Source: Saccostrea echinata | Lineage: Eukaryota | Direction: 5' to 3' | Length of the DNA stretch: 64,000 nucleotides | Assembly (NCBI RefSeq): GCF_033153115.1 | Contig: NW_026889758.1 | Span: 13,950,001 to 14,014,000, forward strand | Part shown: positions 1 to 12,451 of the stretch, piece by piece | Layout of the letters: each line of letters opens with the position of its first letter | How positions within the stretch are numbered: the stretch's first letter is position 1 | Notes under the pieces: generated by a model | Seen by the model: only the letters and a program-made list of their open reading frames with translations | The model's database searches: none | Told to the model about the DNA's origin: nothing | Program-made: the position numbers and the translations under genes

Positions 1-1690
1 AACATACGAAATGATGAGTTTAAACGAGACTGCTGATATTCTTGTTTCATCAACTTGTTTGTCAATAACTTACCTCGTTTTAGAAATTGTTCATACGTTG
101 AGCATGCTCTTGCGTATCGAATCAACTGAGAGATATAATCCCCGTATGCAGGTGATGATGGTATATTGCTGCATAAGTAAGGAAAGTTGACGATTGAAGA
201 GTTAAAGTCATCGCGTTTATCATAAAGCTTGGTTGTTAGATTACCATTAACGTCTTTTTCTAGTAAAATATCCAAATATGAAAAGGATGTGTTAGACTCT
301 GTGGTATTTTTTATTTCAAGCTCAATGGGATATATCGTATCGACAAACGAATGGAAATAACCATTGTTAATTGACAATACGTCGTCGATATATCTAAATG
401 TCGAGTTGAAGGCCACAGCAAGTGTTTTCTTCTTTTCACGTACAAGATTTTGAATAAATTCTGCCTCATATGAATACAAAAATAGGTCTGTTAATAATGG
501 GGCGCAATTGGTACCAATGGGAATTCCAACACATTTTTGGAAGACCTAGTCTCCAAAAACCACATACTAGTAGATATTGTCAATCAGAAACTCAAGCATC
601 TTTTAATATCAACTGCAGAGTACTTGTGTGTACAATCAGAATGTTTTTTAACAAAATAATTTTGCAAATGTCCAATGACAAGGTAAGTAAATTTACGAGT
701 TCCATTTTCATTAAAAAAGCAGCTGTCAATGATATCAAATAGCCAGGACTTTAATTTGTTGTGGGGAGTGGTTGTATATAAAGTTGAAAAGTCGTAAGTT
801 TTTATGTTGTTGATTTTAGTAAAATTTTGTAATTTCAAATTTTCCAAAAGTTCCTTGGAATTTTCAAGCATCCACATCTGATTTACACCACTCCTCGAAT
901 ATATTGTTGCACAGTTCTCCTGAAGTTTCTCCTTCACTACTAATATTTTAGTGAGGAGTAAAGAAAGAGGCTTGGTTATAAAGTTTCGGAATCCATTATA
1001 GATATGGTTATTCAAATTCATGTTGGTTGTTGGGAATATTAAAAATATTCAAAACTGACAAATGATTTCGAAGAATTTCCTAATTAGAAACGGAGCTATG
1101 GGTATAGGTTGGATTACCACTTGTTGAATTAAATCCCAGTTCCTCTAAAATACAATTTTAAATATGAGCCTTACAAACAAAGACAATGTTGTTAACTGCT
1201 TTGTCAGCAGGGACCCGTACATACTGATCGTGTAATTTATTTAATTCTTTTTTCACTTTATTAATTATTGAACACAGAAGGATAGTTGGTTTTCATGTTC
1301 CCCCTCAAACGCTTAATGCAAAATTTTAACATACATCCGATACATTAATCCATTCTGACAAAGTGTCAAGGTCTTCTTTTTCATATCTGGCCCATCGCCT
1401 GGCGTAATCTTCCACAGAATCCATAATATTTATGAAATTTTGACGCCAGTTACTTAAATTTTGGCCCTTTTAAAATTAATGATTTAAGGTTCTCATTATT
1501 AACTATATTTAAGTCACCAGCAATAACGTGTCCAGCAGGACTATAGTTGTAGGGTGAAGAAGAACATGAACAGGAAGGAGGATTATGTATCAGATGCTCA
1601 ATATCCAAGCTCTGTAAAGTTTTCTTGTAATTAAAAAGTTTGGAAGCAATAGTCGATGTATATTTGTAGGAAATATAAGGTGTAGTCTTG
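1..1690 (-). mobile_element. Degenerate Penelope-like retroelement (Naiad-type RT), running off the left edge of the window
   Basis: Minus-strand RT motifs YDFSTLYTT(T)PH (ORF 584-1021), GIPIGTNCAPLL, FRYIDDVL and upstream linker SCSCSSSPYNYSPAGHVIAGDLNIVNN..KGPK. Contains frameshifts and stops; clearly homologous to 13165-14375. Confidence 0.85.
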
Positions 1691-1744
1691 AAATGGTTTC
1701 ATGGACGTCATTTGGTTTTGTAGGGTAAGCAATATGTATTGACC

Positions 1745-1975
1745 TCCGGAATGACCTCATCTGATTCGCGGAGCATAATGATCCTAAAGTGTTTTGATTA
1801 GTTCATCGCAGTTTCTTTCATGTTCACTACTTAAACGTCCAAGCAACCTTGCTCTTGTCTCTTCAAAGAGACTGCCAAATAAAGTCCCTATTCTTTTATA
1901 CTTCAGTCTTTCAATGCTGAGAGCGTGCCTCAAAGTGCGATTTGTAATCAAGCCAATTCCGTCATGTATGACTGA
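1745..1975 (-). pseudogene. Gypsy-type LTR retrotransposon gag relic
   Basis: Hand translation across frameshifts gives WLDYKSHFEA ... GLYLAVSLKRQ.QG.LGRLSSEHERNCDELIKTL*DHYAP, matching the WLDYxSHF / GLYLAVSLRG / Y.ELV..L..RFAP pattern of invertebrate Gypsy gag. Confidence 0.6.
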
Positions 1976-2222
1976 TTTATTTTAATCAGATGCCTTCTTT
2001 AATGTATCCCATTCCTTTGGATTTTCCTCGTTAGTCTCGGGAGATTCCAGTAAGCGCCAACGTATGACTGTTATGCCTGGTTTATTCTCTGTTGCAGCAG
2101 TAACGATATCCCTAAAGGACTGGCTCGGGCCACATTTTATAAGATCAGCAGTCCTTGACGTGTCATGACGCATTCCATTCTGTGGTATTTTGGCCAAAGC
2201 TCGGTTTACTTCCGGTTTACTT

Positions 2223-2368
2223 CCGGTCGGCAGGGGACGCGCACTCCTCCATGGCACCTGATCCCACCTCTGATGTTTTGGAGGTTCGTGTTTGCTCTGC
2301 TCCTACTTTGTATTATTTAATGGACTTTTGAGCTTGAATACTGTTCGTTATCTCCATATATTTCATTC
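2223..2368 (+). mobile_element. Isolated 3'-terminal (pLTR-like) segment of the Penelope-like family
   Basis: ccggtcggcaggggacgcgcactcctccatggcacctgatcccacctct...tactgttcgttatctccatatatttcatt aligns by eye with 14446-14587, the 3' tail of the plus-strand copy. Confidence 0.8.
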
Positions 2369-3610
2369 CTATAGAGGGCTTTGAGACAATATTCCACAGT
2401 TGATTTTATACGGACTATTCCTGATCTTACACTTGCAGTAGTTCATGTTTGCTGGTGATAGTTTTCTACTGGCGTTTCCGAATGCTAATGCGCCGCTGTC
2501 CTCCCTATCCAAGTGACTTCGGCTTCTTCCATACTTGCTATCACTTCAACTTAGCTGTCATTGGTGTTTTTAAACAGTCACGGGCAATAGTACATATGTG
2601 AAATAAAAACGTTAAAACAAATATTCATTTTAAATATATATTTTAGCTTTATCAAACAACCAAATCGAAGCCGCACGGGGTGCTATTTTAAAAAAAAAAA
2701 CCATGCTTGCACGTACATGTATATACTAAGCAATTTTTCTCGGGTCTTGGCCCACTCAGGTAATTTGTTAAGATATTTGAATGTTGATTACTAACTTACT
2801 TTTTCAATATCCAATTTCAATATACATGTATACATTAGTTTACAAAGTCATCAAAAGAAACGTCCTTTTTAATAAAAGGGCGTTCTATCATGGTCGATTG
2901 AAGCAGTCTCAAGAAGCACCCAAGCAACCAAAACGCCGGAACTCCTCTTCTACTCAAAGTGACCAGTTGCTTTCCTGCAACGCTCACATAAATAAGTGCA
3001 AAGGAACTGTTCCCCAAATCGCTCAGCAAAATTGAGTTACGAACAGTTACTTGCTTTTAATACTACCTTACCAGTATTTGCAATCTCCTTGCTTGACGCA
3101 GGCGCGCATTTAAATGTGTAACTTTCCCTCCCTTCTTACAACATAGCCATGTAGGTGTGATTAGATTCTTCAGATCTGCTGACAAGATGCATCTGGTCTG
3201 TTGAGGTTTTGAAATACTAGTTCACTTATTCATTAATGTATTGGTTCTATATACCATGTGCATGTACTGCAACTGAGTATTTTGTTTGTCTTTTAACAAT
3301 CAAAATTTTCCAATTGAATGGTCTTTCTTAATTTGTAATACATTTTCATCGCTACACACCTCCTAATTTCATACAATTATACGTAAATTGCAAGTGACAG
3401 GTAGATGACCTTGTCCCAAATTGACCTATTAAAGTGTCTGGGAAGTAGATGATAAAGTGGTATTATATATTTTGTTTAAGTATTAAAATATCTAGAAAAG
3501 CAAGTTTTTCCAACAAAGTCGATTTTATAAAGGAGATATCGCCAAAAAACTGAAAATTTTAAAAATATACACCTTTACGATACCGAAAACGAGGCTATTC
3601 CTAGCTAAAA

Positions 3611-3648
3611 CGGAAGTGACGTCACAACACATCAGTTTGCGCCATTTT
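3611..3648 (+). promoter_or_regulatory. Putative transposase promoter core (ETS + CRE + YY1-like motifs)
   Basis: cggaag-tgacgtca-caacacatcagttt-gcgccatttt, 45-80 bp upstream of ATG 3691; mirrored at the other end of the element. Confidence 0.55.
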
Positions 3649-3690
3649 TAGAAAGTCTTCTATTGACCTGTGCGTGTTTTCCGGCGAATA

Positions 3691-6600
3691 ATGGCCAGCA
3701 AAAGTGTCGGACGCATGTGTGTTGTAGCGGGATGCAGCAAAAGACAGTCAGATGGCGTGTCGGTTCATGTTTTCCCCAAAGATGAGCGACTGCGAGCGGC
3801 CTGGTGTCGTTTTGTGAAGCTGACGAGGGCAGACTGGTCTGGTCCTTCGAAATACACCGTTATCTGCAGTGACCATTTCAACGAGGATTGCTATGAGGTA
3901 CATTTCTCGCTCATGAAGGACTTTGGGATCCCAGCGAAGAAGCGTCTACGCCAGGGGTCCATACCAAGCATATATCCCAAGCGGAAAAGAGACCAACTGA
4001 ACGATGCGTTCCTGGAGTCTCCCCATGTAAACGGTAACGAGACGTTTCGCCCCTATTGACGTTTCGCGCCGAGACCATTCGCCCCAAAAGACCTTTCGCG
4101 CCGAATTTAATCTACATTATCTATAACGATATATTACGATGTTTTAAGATAAATATTTTTATATAACTTTATAAGGTAAATCACTTTCATGTTTAAATTG
4201 TTGAAAATAGGCTTATACCATAATTAAAGGTATACTTATCCATGTGCAGATATAATTATGTTTATTCAGCAATCATAATTGTCTGATTTAGTTTTGTAAT
4301 TAAGGTGTTATAATTTGGAGACTCTCCATGTCAAGATGAAGAGGAGAATGAAATTATGAGACAGGTGTCAAGTTCATTTTACCGTTGCTCAATAGGATGC
4401 ACACTGACTCCAATTTTCTTTGCGATTTTGAGCAATGCTATATAAGTACTTATCAAAAATATTCTTCTCAAAAAATCTTTTGATATTACTAAGTTCACAA
4501 GTGACATACCATAATATATTTCTATGTCTGTCAAAATAGATGTTTTTTTTAAATCATCATGTCATTAAAATAATCACGAGTTGCTGTTTTCTCACATCAT
4601 CTATTAATATTTCCCCCATACTGGCCAAATTATCTCAATCAGGTCTTCAGAGTGTCACGTCTAAGTTAGTATATATCCCATATAAATTGGTTTTATTGAT
4701 TGAACCAATGGATTGAATTAATATAACACAGTACAAAAGTATTAAATAATTGCTGTTAACAAGTGATAATTACCGCATAATTAATTAATTAATCTTCGGC
4801 GCGAACGGTCTAGGGGCGAAACGTCTCAGCGCGAATGGTCTTTCGGGGCGAACCGTCCCGCACTCATGTAAACACCCCTACTCCAGTACGAGGAGCCCAT
4901 GCAAAGCGTGAGAGGAATAGGGTTAGTTTTTTTTTGTTCTATTCTATTTTGTTTTAATCTATAAATGGTGGTGATTCGATAATAAAAAAATATTAACTTC
5001 AGAAATTTGTAGACTTTTGGTGAGAAAATTCGGAATAAGAAAAAAGACCTCATCTGCACTAAAAATGCTTTCATGTTCTTTGTTTGTTAAACAGAAAGTA
5101 AATTACACTGGGTATTCACTGAAATATCTTAAACTTATTCAAATTTATATTATTTGTTTGTGTTAAAATTTGTTCATTATTTTATCGCAGGTATTGGCAG
5201 AGCTGCTTCATGACAACACAGAGGTTGAAGAAATACAGGAAGAGTCACAAGACCAGGATGAATGTGTTGGGATCCAAACAACGCCTGTTCCCTTTCCCAC
5301 ACCTGTTTCGGTATGATATAACATATTTAAGAACCAAAAAAAAAAATAGAGAGAAATGTGTAAATTGTTACATTCCTTGCACCTTAGCTTTATATAATTA
5401 TGTTTACACAATATATGTAGTACTAAACCAACTGAAAAGAAAGAATGATTTTATTAAATTTTCTCTTCTTATTCCACATGCTGATGCATCTTTTATTTAT
5501 CTTTTTTTAGGCCATTATTTAAAAAAAAAAATCATAGATTCTCATCTAATTCTGTCTCAATTTCTTTTCTGTTCAATTCGTCATCTTGATTCCGATTGGG
5601 ATCGGTATTCAACTTGCTATTCAACTTTCGGTTCTAAGTCCCATGAGGACCATGAATGTAAGAATGATTTTTACAACTGATAAGTTGGTTATTACTGTAT
5701 TGCGTATTAAACAAGGATAGATTGGTGAGGATCCGATGTGTAGTAAGAGATACATGTATGTTTATTTAAATTGACATCTCCTATGACTTTTGTTTGGGCA
5801 TAATTAAGATAACTCTGCACAGATTGATTAGGTCAACAAAAATATACGAAATAAAAAATGTAGTATAAATTTGTCAGCTTGCCTCGTTTAAGAAAAAGTT
5901 CAATGATTATTTTGTTAAATATAAATGATGTTATCATGCATCTTGTGCATTATTCACAATATCATGAAGATTTATTCAGTTCAGATATAAGATTAAAAGA
6001 GATGGTTATTACATTCTTCATCGCTGTGTTCTTCTGAATTTAAATTACTTGACCCTAAATAAATAATAACCAAATCTAAATTTCCTGCTTAACATGTCCA
6101 CAATACTAGACTCTATGCAAATAAGTCCATATGTGTATGAGTAAACTATTATGAAACAAGCATTCTGAGAGTATTGCATTAGCAATACTAGTCCCCTACC
6201 GGCAAGTGTAATCTGGTTCTGTTCCCGTTAAGAATTGAAAATGCTATAATTCCGTCAAAAATTAATGAAGCGGGACGAAATGCAAACTTGATCTATAACT
6301 AATCAAGGTAAAGCCACATACCAAAAATCAGCTCAATATCTACAAGCGTTTAGAAGAAAATTGCGGAAAACCCCTAAAAATTGAAAAGGCCGTAATTCCG
6401 TCAAAAATCAATGAAGCGGAACGAAATGCAAACTTGATCTGTAACTCATCAAGATACACTCACATACCAAAAATCAGCTCAATATCTGCAAGCGTTTAGG
6501 AAAAAAGTGCGGAAAACCAAGTGGGACAGACTGACAGACAGACAGAGGGACAGACAGACAGACAGACGGACAGACAGACAGACGGACGGACAGACGGACG

Positions 6601-9600
6601 GACAGACTCAGAGGAAACCTATAGTCCCCTCCGGTTTCACCGGTAGGGGACTAATAAAACAGAAACTTGCACTTGTTCTAAATTTAGTGAAAGGAAGAAA
6701 AAATTGTACTATTCATACGAGTATTATTAAAGAAAAGAGATAAAAATATTGCTGTAAAGTATGCAGGCCACAATTATACTTCTACGGATTACTTATTAAT
6801 CTTTTTTCTGTTCATTTTAGGAGGAGAAAAGTGTGTCTATGGCATGTCAGACAGAATCAACACGAAAACGTAGCGTAAAGATTCAAGTTGCTGCAAGGAA
6901 TAAGGAAAAAGGTACTTATTCGAAGTAACTTGTTGCAACATAAGATAATAATATGTTGTAATTGTCATTCTTTATTCTTTGATTATTACTGCAATATACC
7001 TGGTACTCTCAATCTGATTCCCCATGGCTAGTTTGGCTTTTTTTTAAAAAACATTTATTATATTAGAACATGTACATTTATGGACTATGACCCCTAAGCT
7101 GGTATTGAAAGACATACATTCAGGGATTATTACATATTTACTCATTGATGATTATTATAACTGAATTATATTATGTAGTATCGTTTATATACCCCCTTTC
7201 ACCATTTCTTTTTCAATTTTGAAAAGAGAGGAAAACATTTAACTTATCAGTACCTAATTTGTGTGTAGTATTCAATTTTAAAAAATTGCAAGTTCATATG
7301 CATAAGACTAATTAGATCATTGTTCTTCCTCCTAAATATAAATTTTAAGAGAAAAATCTTGTTTTCTCACAATGACATATAATGTTTATATGTAATTTGT
7401 TAGGATTACAAGTTGACCTACAACCCAGAGTTCGAAGCATTGGTATTCAGGTTGATGTACGAGATGATTTGCCTGCTCCACGTCCACCTCCAGCACCTGT
7501 TCCTGTTCCTGATTCCTCTAGTGGTGAAGAGTCTATCCAGACGGAGAATGAGACTGCCTCATTGTATGAACCTTCTGGCACTAGTTCAGATGATTCTCAT
7601 GTACAGGATATCAAGTAAGTGATTAGGCTATGGTCATTGATCAGTTACCTAAGAATTGCTTCAAAAAGTTTACTATGAAGAGAAAATGAATATGTTAGCC
7701 TCAATTCTTTTGGCAATTTTTATTTCCCTGGAATTAATTTAATCTTTTAAAAATTGTAGCACTGAAGCACCCTGCAACCCCTTGGAAGACAGGAAGTTTA
7801 TCATCTCCGAAACCAAGCTGCTTGAGCTGTTCAGTAACTGCAGGAGGTGCCACAAGTATACAGCAGCAAGTGTACAGCAGGTGCTTGGAACAATGGTGAA
7901 GATTGCTGTGGAGTGTGAGTTCTGTGGGTTTACCTGGCAGTGGAGCAGTCAGCCATTCATTGGGAATATTCCTGTTGGGAACATTGGGTTATCTGCCGCC
8001 ATACTGTTTTCTGGTGCCCTTGTGTCCAAAGTTCTTCGTGTGCTGAACTGCATGGGGGTTGCAACCATTACCAGAAGAACATTCAATTCCCACCAGTCAG
8101 CCATTTTGTTTCCTGTAATTGCTCGTGTGTGGGACAAGCACCAGCAGGAGTATGCAAGTCGAGCTTTGGAAAGAGGAGATCCTCTGGTTATTGGTGGAGA
8201 TGGGCGAGCTGACTCCCCTGGTCACTGTGCAAAGTTTGGCTCGTACAGCACCATTGACCTTGAGGAAGGAATTGTCATTGATATCCAGCTGGTTCAGGTA
8301 AACAAGTTATTTCGATAAATATCTGCACTTTTTATTTAAATTAAAGATGAACTGTTTTAAAAAAAAAAAAATTATTTTATCATTATTTTAAATAAAACTA
8401 TCACTCAAACACTGCTGAAAAGATTCAACAAAGTATACATGAAAATAAAATGCTAAAAAGGATCTAATGAGGGGAAAAAATGTGTACTAACTTTAGGTGT
8501 TTGGTTGAAGTTTTGTGAAGTTAATGAAATCTGATTAAATTTTGTAGAGCAATGAAGTAAAAAACAGCTTGGGAATGGAGAAGAAGGGATTAGAGCGGAC
8601 TATTGCCTGGATGAAAGACCAAGATTTGGAGATTGGTACGATAGTGACTGACCGCCATGTCCAGATACAAAAGTGGATCAGGGAGAACTTGACGGAGACG
8701 ACACACTATTATGATGTTTGGCATGTGGCAAAAGGTATTCTTTTTCTTTTCTTTCTTTACCAGTATTTGAATTGTATGTATTTAAAGACATCTTTGTACA
8801 GAATCAACATTAGCTGATGTTTAACTTTTATAATGACTTCTACTGAGTTATCTCCAAAGTTATTATTAACATGTATGATTTAAAAAGTTATGAATGTAAA
8901 AGATGAAATGAAGCAGTTAAATTATGATTTTTATATGCCCATCTTAAGATGGGACATATTAATTTTACTCTGTAAACATGGCTTCCAAAATATTTTCAGG
9001 TCTAAAGAAAAAGATCCTAGCTGCATCCAAACAGAAGGAGTGTGAGAATCTTGCCAAATGGATCAAGAGCTTGACCAACCACTTGTACTGGGTGGCAGCT
9101 TCAACACCTGATGGGAATGGGGACTTCATGTGGGCAAAGTGGGAGTCTGTGGAAAACCATATCCACAATATTCATGAGGGCCACAATGACCTCTTCCCAT
9201 CTTGTGCCCATGACACGTTAGAGGGTGATGAGCAGAAAAAGAAGTGGATAAAACCAGGTAAAACCTTATTTTAGAATTGATAAATAATTATTACTTTCTT
9301 TATTGGCAAATTTCATAACTGCCTTGTTAAAGGGAAAAATCCTGTACAATAAGTATACATTTTGTTTTCATAAAGGAACGAAAGCCAGTGAGAAGATTTG
9401 CGATATTATCCTGTCCAATCAGATGAAGAAAGATATACCCAAGCTGTCCCCACTGCACCAAACATCCCAGATTGAGGCTTTCCATAGCACTATCAATCAC
9501 TTTGCCCCCAAGATGGTTTCCTTCTCTTATCATGGCATGTACTGCAGGTATGCTTACACAGTAATATTGGATATTTTTTTATATCATTTCTTATTTAAAT

Positions 9601-10245
9601 TTCTACAATACAGAAAGCAGATGGAGATTTTATTTATTGTAATCTACAAGGTTAAAAATTTTATGTAGGTTGATGGTTGCTGCTCTCCATTTTAATGAGA
9701 ACTCTTCAAGAATGCAGGCAGTTACAAAGGAGGGAAACCTGCAGTACAAGATCAGCTTTCCCAAGTTCAAGCATGGCGAATATAGTGTTCGCATGAAGAC
9801 TGTAGATTCAACGTTTGGTAAGATGCTTTTATTAACGCACCTTTAAAAAAAAAAAAATTGTAAAAGTCCCTCCTCGTTTAAAAATTGAACAACCAAAAAA
9901 AAAAAAATGTATATATAAATAACAAAATATGTTGAATTTAATTTTATTCAATACCAAGCAAAACACGAGAATGATACTTGTATTTATCAACAGAGATAGA
10001 GTCCTCAATATTTTACAAATTTTAAATATTGTCTATGCATTTCAGGGTATGCATCTGATTTGATGACAGAGACTCTACGATATGTTGAGGTATCATCCCG
10101 GACACCAGCACCCGCCTTTCCACCTGTGCTCTGTTTGCCTCAGTTGCAACCACCTCCTCTGTGCAGTGATTTTCTTCACCCTGAAAAGGAGGAAGCAGTG
10201 TTTAATTTCCAGTCTCGGTTTGGGAGGAAGGAGACATCTGTGTAG
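3691..10245 (+). CDS. Kolobok transposase (THAP zinc finger + DDE), 10 exons, ~771 aa once the exon-1 insertion is removed
   Basis: Exons: 3691-4032+4874-4921, 5191-5310, 6821-6911, 7404-7614, 7760-8297, 8548-8734, 9000-9257, 9376-9547, 9669-9817, 10046-10245; all GT-AG with matching phases. THAP: CVVAGC..FP...W....ICSDHF...SIPSI. CxxC..CxxC finger; GDGRADSPGHCAK, VTDRH, DVWHVAK, TSQIEAFHS, AALHFNEN. The insertion causes a stop at 4057-4059. Confidence 0.88.
4033..4864. mobile_element. Non-autonomous DNA transposon (Mutator-like by TSD length) inserted in transposase exon 1
   Basis: Perfect 9-bp TSD catgtaaac (4024-4032, 4865-4873). Each end has four ~17-bp repeats (gacgtttcgcccc / gaccattcgcgcc-like) in inverted orientation. 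Removing it restores the frame ESPHVN-TPTPVRGAHAKRERNR. Confidence 0.88.
6154..6656 (-). mobile_element. Pearl/CvA-like non-autonomous Helentron-type element in transposase intron 2
   Basis: Subterminal inverted repeat tagtcccctaccgg / ccggtaggggacta, two ~128-bp core repeats, (GACA/GACG)n microsatellite 6525-6607 and a terminal hairpin. Confidence 0.8.
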
Positions 10246-10742
10246 GAGATTCTAGCCCTTGTATACATAGAACTGTAAATATCAGTTGTGGATACTCATG
10301 CTGTAGTTTGTCATAGTCTGTTTGTAAATAATTGTATAAATAGTGTTATAGTTAGCATTTACTTGTAAATTTGCATGTAGGAAAACAAAAATAAAATTGC
10401 AAAAAAAAAAAAAAAAAAATGGGAACAAAAAAAGCAGGGTCCACGTCCCGTTCCTGGGTGCAAAAAAAATTACCTATGTAATCAAGATTTTTTTTGTAGC
10501 TGATGCTTTTATAAATTTTATTGTAATATGTACATGAGGCTTATGTTTTGTCAATTATTTTGAACTGCTTTTTGCTTGTATGTGTGACTAGGCAAGGTTG
10601 TTTTCTGTATCCTATGCTTAACCATTTCTCATTTATAAGATTTATGCTGTGTAAACTTTATATTTATTTAATTTGTAAAATTGATAGTAAAAGTTGATAA
10701 TATGGTGAATTTTTGTTAATCCAAAATATAGAAGTGGCTTAC

Positions 10743-12388
10743 TCATTCAGGGTCTCTGAATCCTTGATACTCTTCAGAACTGAAGGAGTGGTGTATCTTT
10801 GTAACTGCACAAGAGGGAAGTGGGACACGAACACTCTTCCCCAAGTAGCCCCAACACCAACGAACAAGCTGACGATATGCTGTATATCTGTTTCTTCTTA
10901 ATTGAATAAAAGAAAATCATGTTATCATGCACTTGTTATTACTTGTGATAGTCTTTGTGATTTTCTTCAAATGCTTTATTTCATTTTTGGAACAAATATG
11001 TAAAAATTCAATAAAATGTCTTACTGTTCAATGGTCTTTTGCAATTCCCCATACTGGGAACGATACTGATAATAGGCTGTCTCCAAGACGTAGATGTCGA
11101 GACAAACAGATTGGAATCCAGGGTGTTCTGTAATGCAAGGCAATTCTTTCTGATAAGATGTTCTCTTTTCATCAATCCTGGTGATTTCAGTGCAGCATAT
11201 ACTTTCTCTGAGTGTGGGTTTCGGAGTACAGAATCCACAAGTGCACCTACAATATTCAAACATGATTACATGGAAGTTATATTAGACACATCTTCGCAAG
11301 CCAAGGGTTTTCGGTCCACTTTTCTCCCCGCGAAGCAGACCGAAAACCCTTGGCTTACGAAGATGCATTAGACATAATGATTATTTATCAACTTTAATCT
11401 TTAAAAAAAAAATACTCCAGAAGTCCCATACATGTAGATAATGTGCATAGAGCAATACAGTTTTTGTTTTCAACTTATCATCAGGTATAAAGCATGGCCG
11501 TAGGAAGGGGGGGGTTGTCCCCCTCAAATAATTTTGCCGATATCTAGATTACTATAGAAAACATAGCTACTATATGCTTGTTGCTTGTGCCCCCTCAATG
11601 AAAACGTCTGATGACCTTTTTTTTTGCTTGTCAAGGAATTTTGGTAGTTGATAGTGCCCCCCCCCCAACTGAAAATGTTCAGCTGTGCCCCCCCCCCAAC
11701 TGAAATTGCTTCCTACGGGCCTGTAAAGGGGCAAAATTTTATTCTCAGAGTTAGAGGTTCTGACAAATTTAGTTGTCATCTTAATTTTCTGCCATCGCAG
11801 AAAAAAAAAACATGTCCAAACTCCATGACTATAGAGACCAGAAAAGTTGACAAGCTACAAAAAAGTAGTAAACTCTTTGGGCGTGTATATACCACTTTTC
11901 AAGATCAGATTAATTATTTCCTTCTCATTGAGACAATTTTCAAGAATAGATCTAAATCTGCTAGCCCATAAGATTCAAATGGTCGTCCCGAACGAATATT
12001 CAGCCATGTTGCATGGGTGTAATTTACATGGCCTCATTTCTCGCAACATTTGGCTTATATAGTAATATTTTTATTAATTATTATTAGTTCAGACCATGCG
12101 AAATTCTATGAGTATAAAATATATATTTTTCTTTGTATTATACCAGAGAGTTTTAACGTGAAAGTCATACCAGTCCGTATTGCCGAGCCGCTGTGGGTTG
12201 TCGACATCGTCCTCACTTGAGCCATCAGATTCACTAGAATCACTCGCCTCAGGTTCAAATCGATAAGGGGCTACATTCTGGAAATGTTCTTCTTGTGTTT
12301 CTTCGAAGGATGAGGCCTCAAACGACATATGTAGGTCGATATCGGACGCAGAATCGGAGGCTTCGCTGTTGTTGTTTGTACTCGCCAT
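10743..12388 (-). CDS. Kolobok accessory protein (KolX-type; P2X7 ballast/nanor-like Cys-rich domain), 3 exons, ~197 aa
   Basis: Exons 12388-12171, 11246-11025, 10896-10743 (GT-AG, phase 2/2). Acidic N-terminus with PYRFEP, then RLGNTDWCTCGFC...ESICCTEI...CITEHPGFQSVCL..YVLETAY...RYTAYRQLVRWCWGYLGKSVRVPLPSCAV..I...F....YQGF. Confidence 0.88.
11289..11365. mobile_element. 77-bp hairpin MITE in accessory-gene intron 1
   Basis: 28-bp inverted arms catcttcgcaagccaagggttttcggtc / gaccgaaaacccttggcttacgaagatg (1 mismatch), flanked by the direct repeat tattagaca / cattagaca. Confidence 0.8.
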
Positions 12389-12451
12389 TTTGAACTTGAT
12401 GTGATGTGACGTCATGCGGGGTTTTTCGCTATTTATGGTAAAACCGGAAGT
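12383..12451 (-). promoter_or_regulatory. Putative accessory-gene promoter core (ETS, CRE, YY1-like site overlapping the ATG)
   Basis: Minus strand reads acttccgg ... tgacgtcacatcacatcaagttc-aaaATGgcg. Confidence 0.55.

Noticed and set aside
1500-1690. Selenocysteine (UGA) recoding in the Naiad-type element
   Set aside because: The visible linker cysteines are TGT codons; stops co-occur with frameshifts and look like ordinary decay.
3670-4059. Stand-alone host THAP transcription factor
   Set aside because: It is the 5' part of the transposase, cut by an insertion with a 9-bp TSD; the frame resumes at 4874.
10743-12388. Host P2X7 purinoceptor gene
   Set aside because: Only the Cys-rich C-terminal-like domain is present, with no transmembrane or ectodomain, and it lies inside transposon TIRs.
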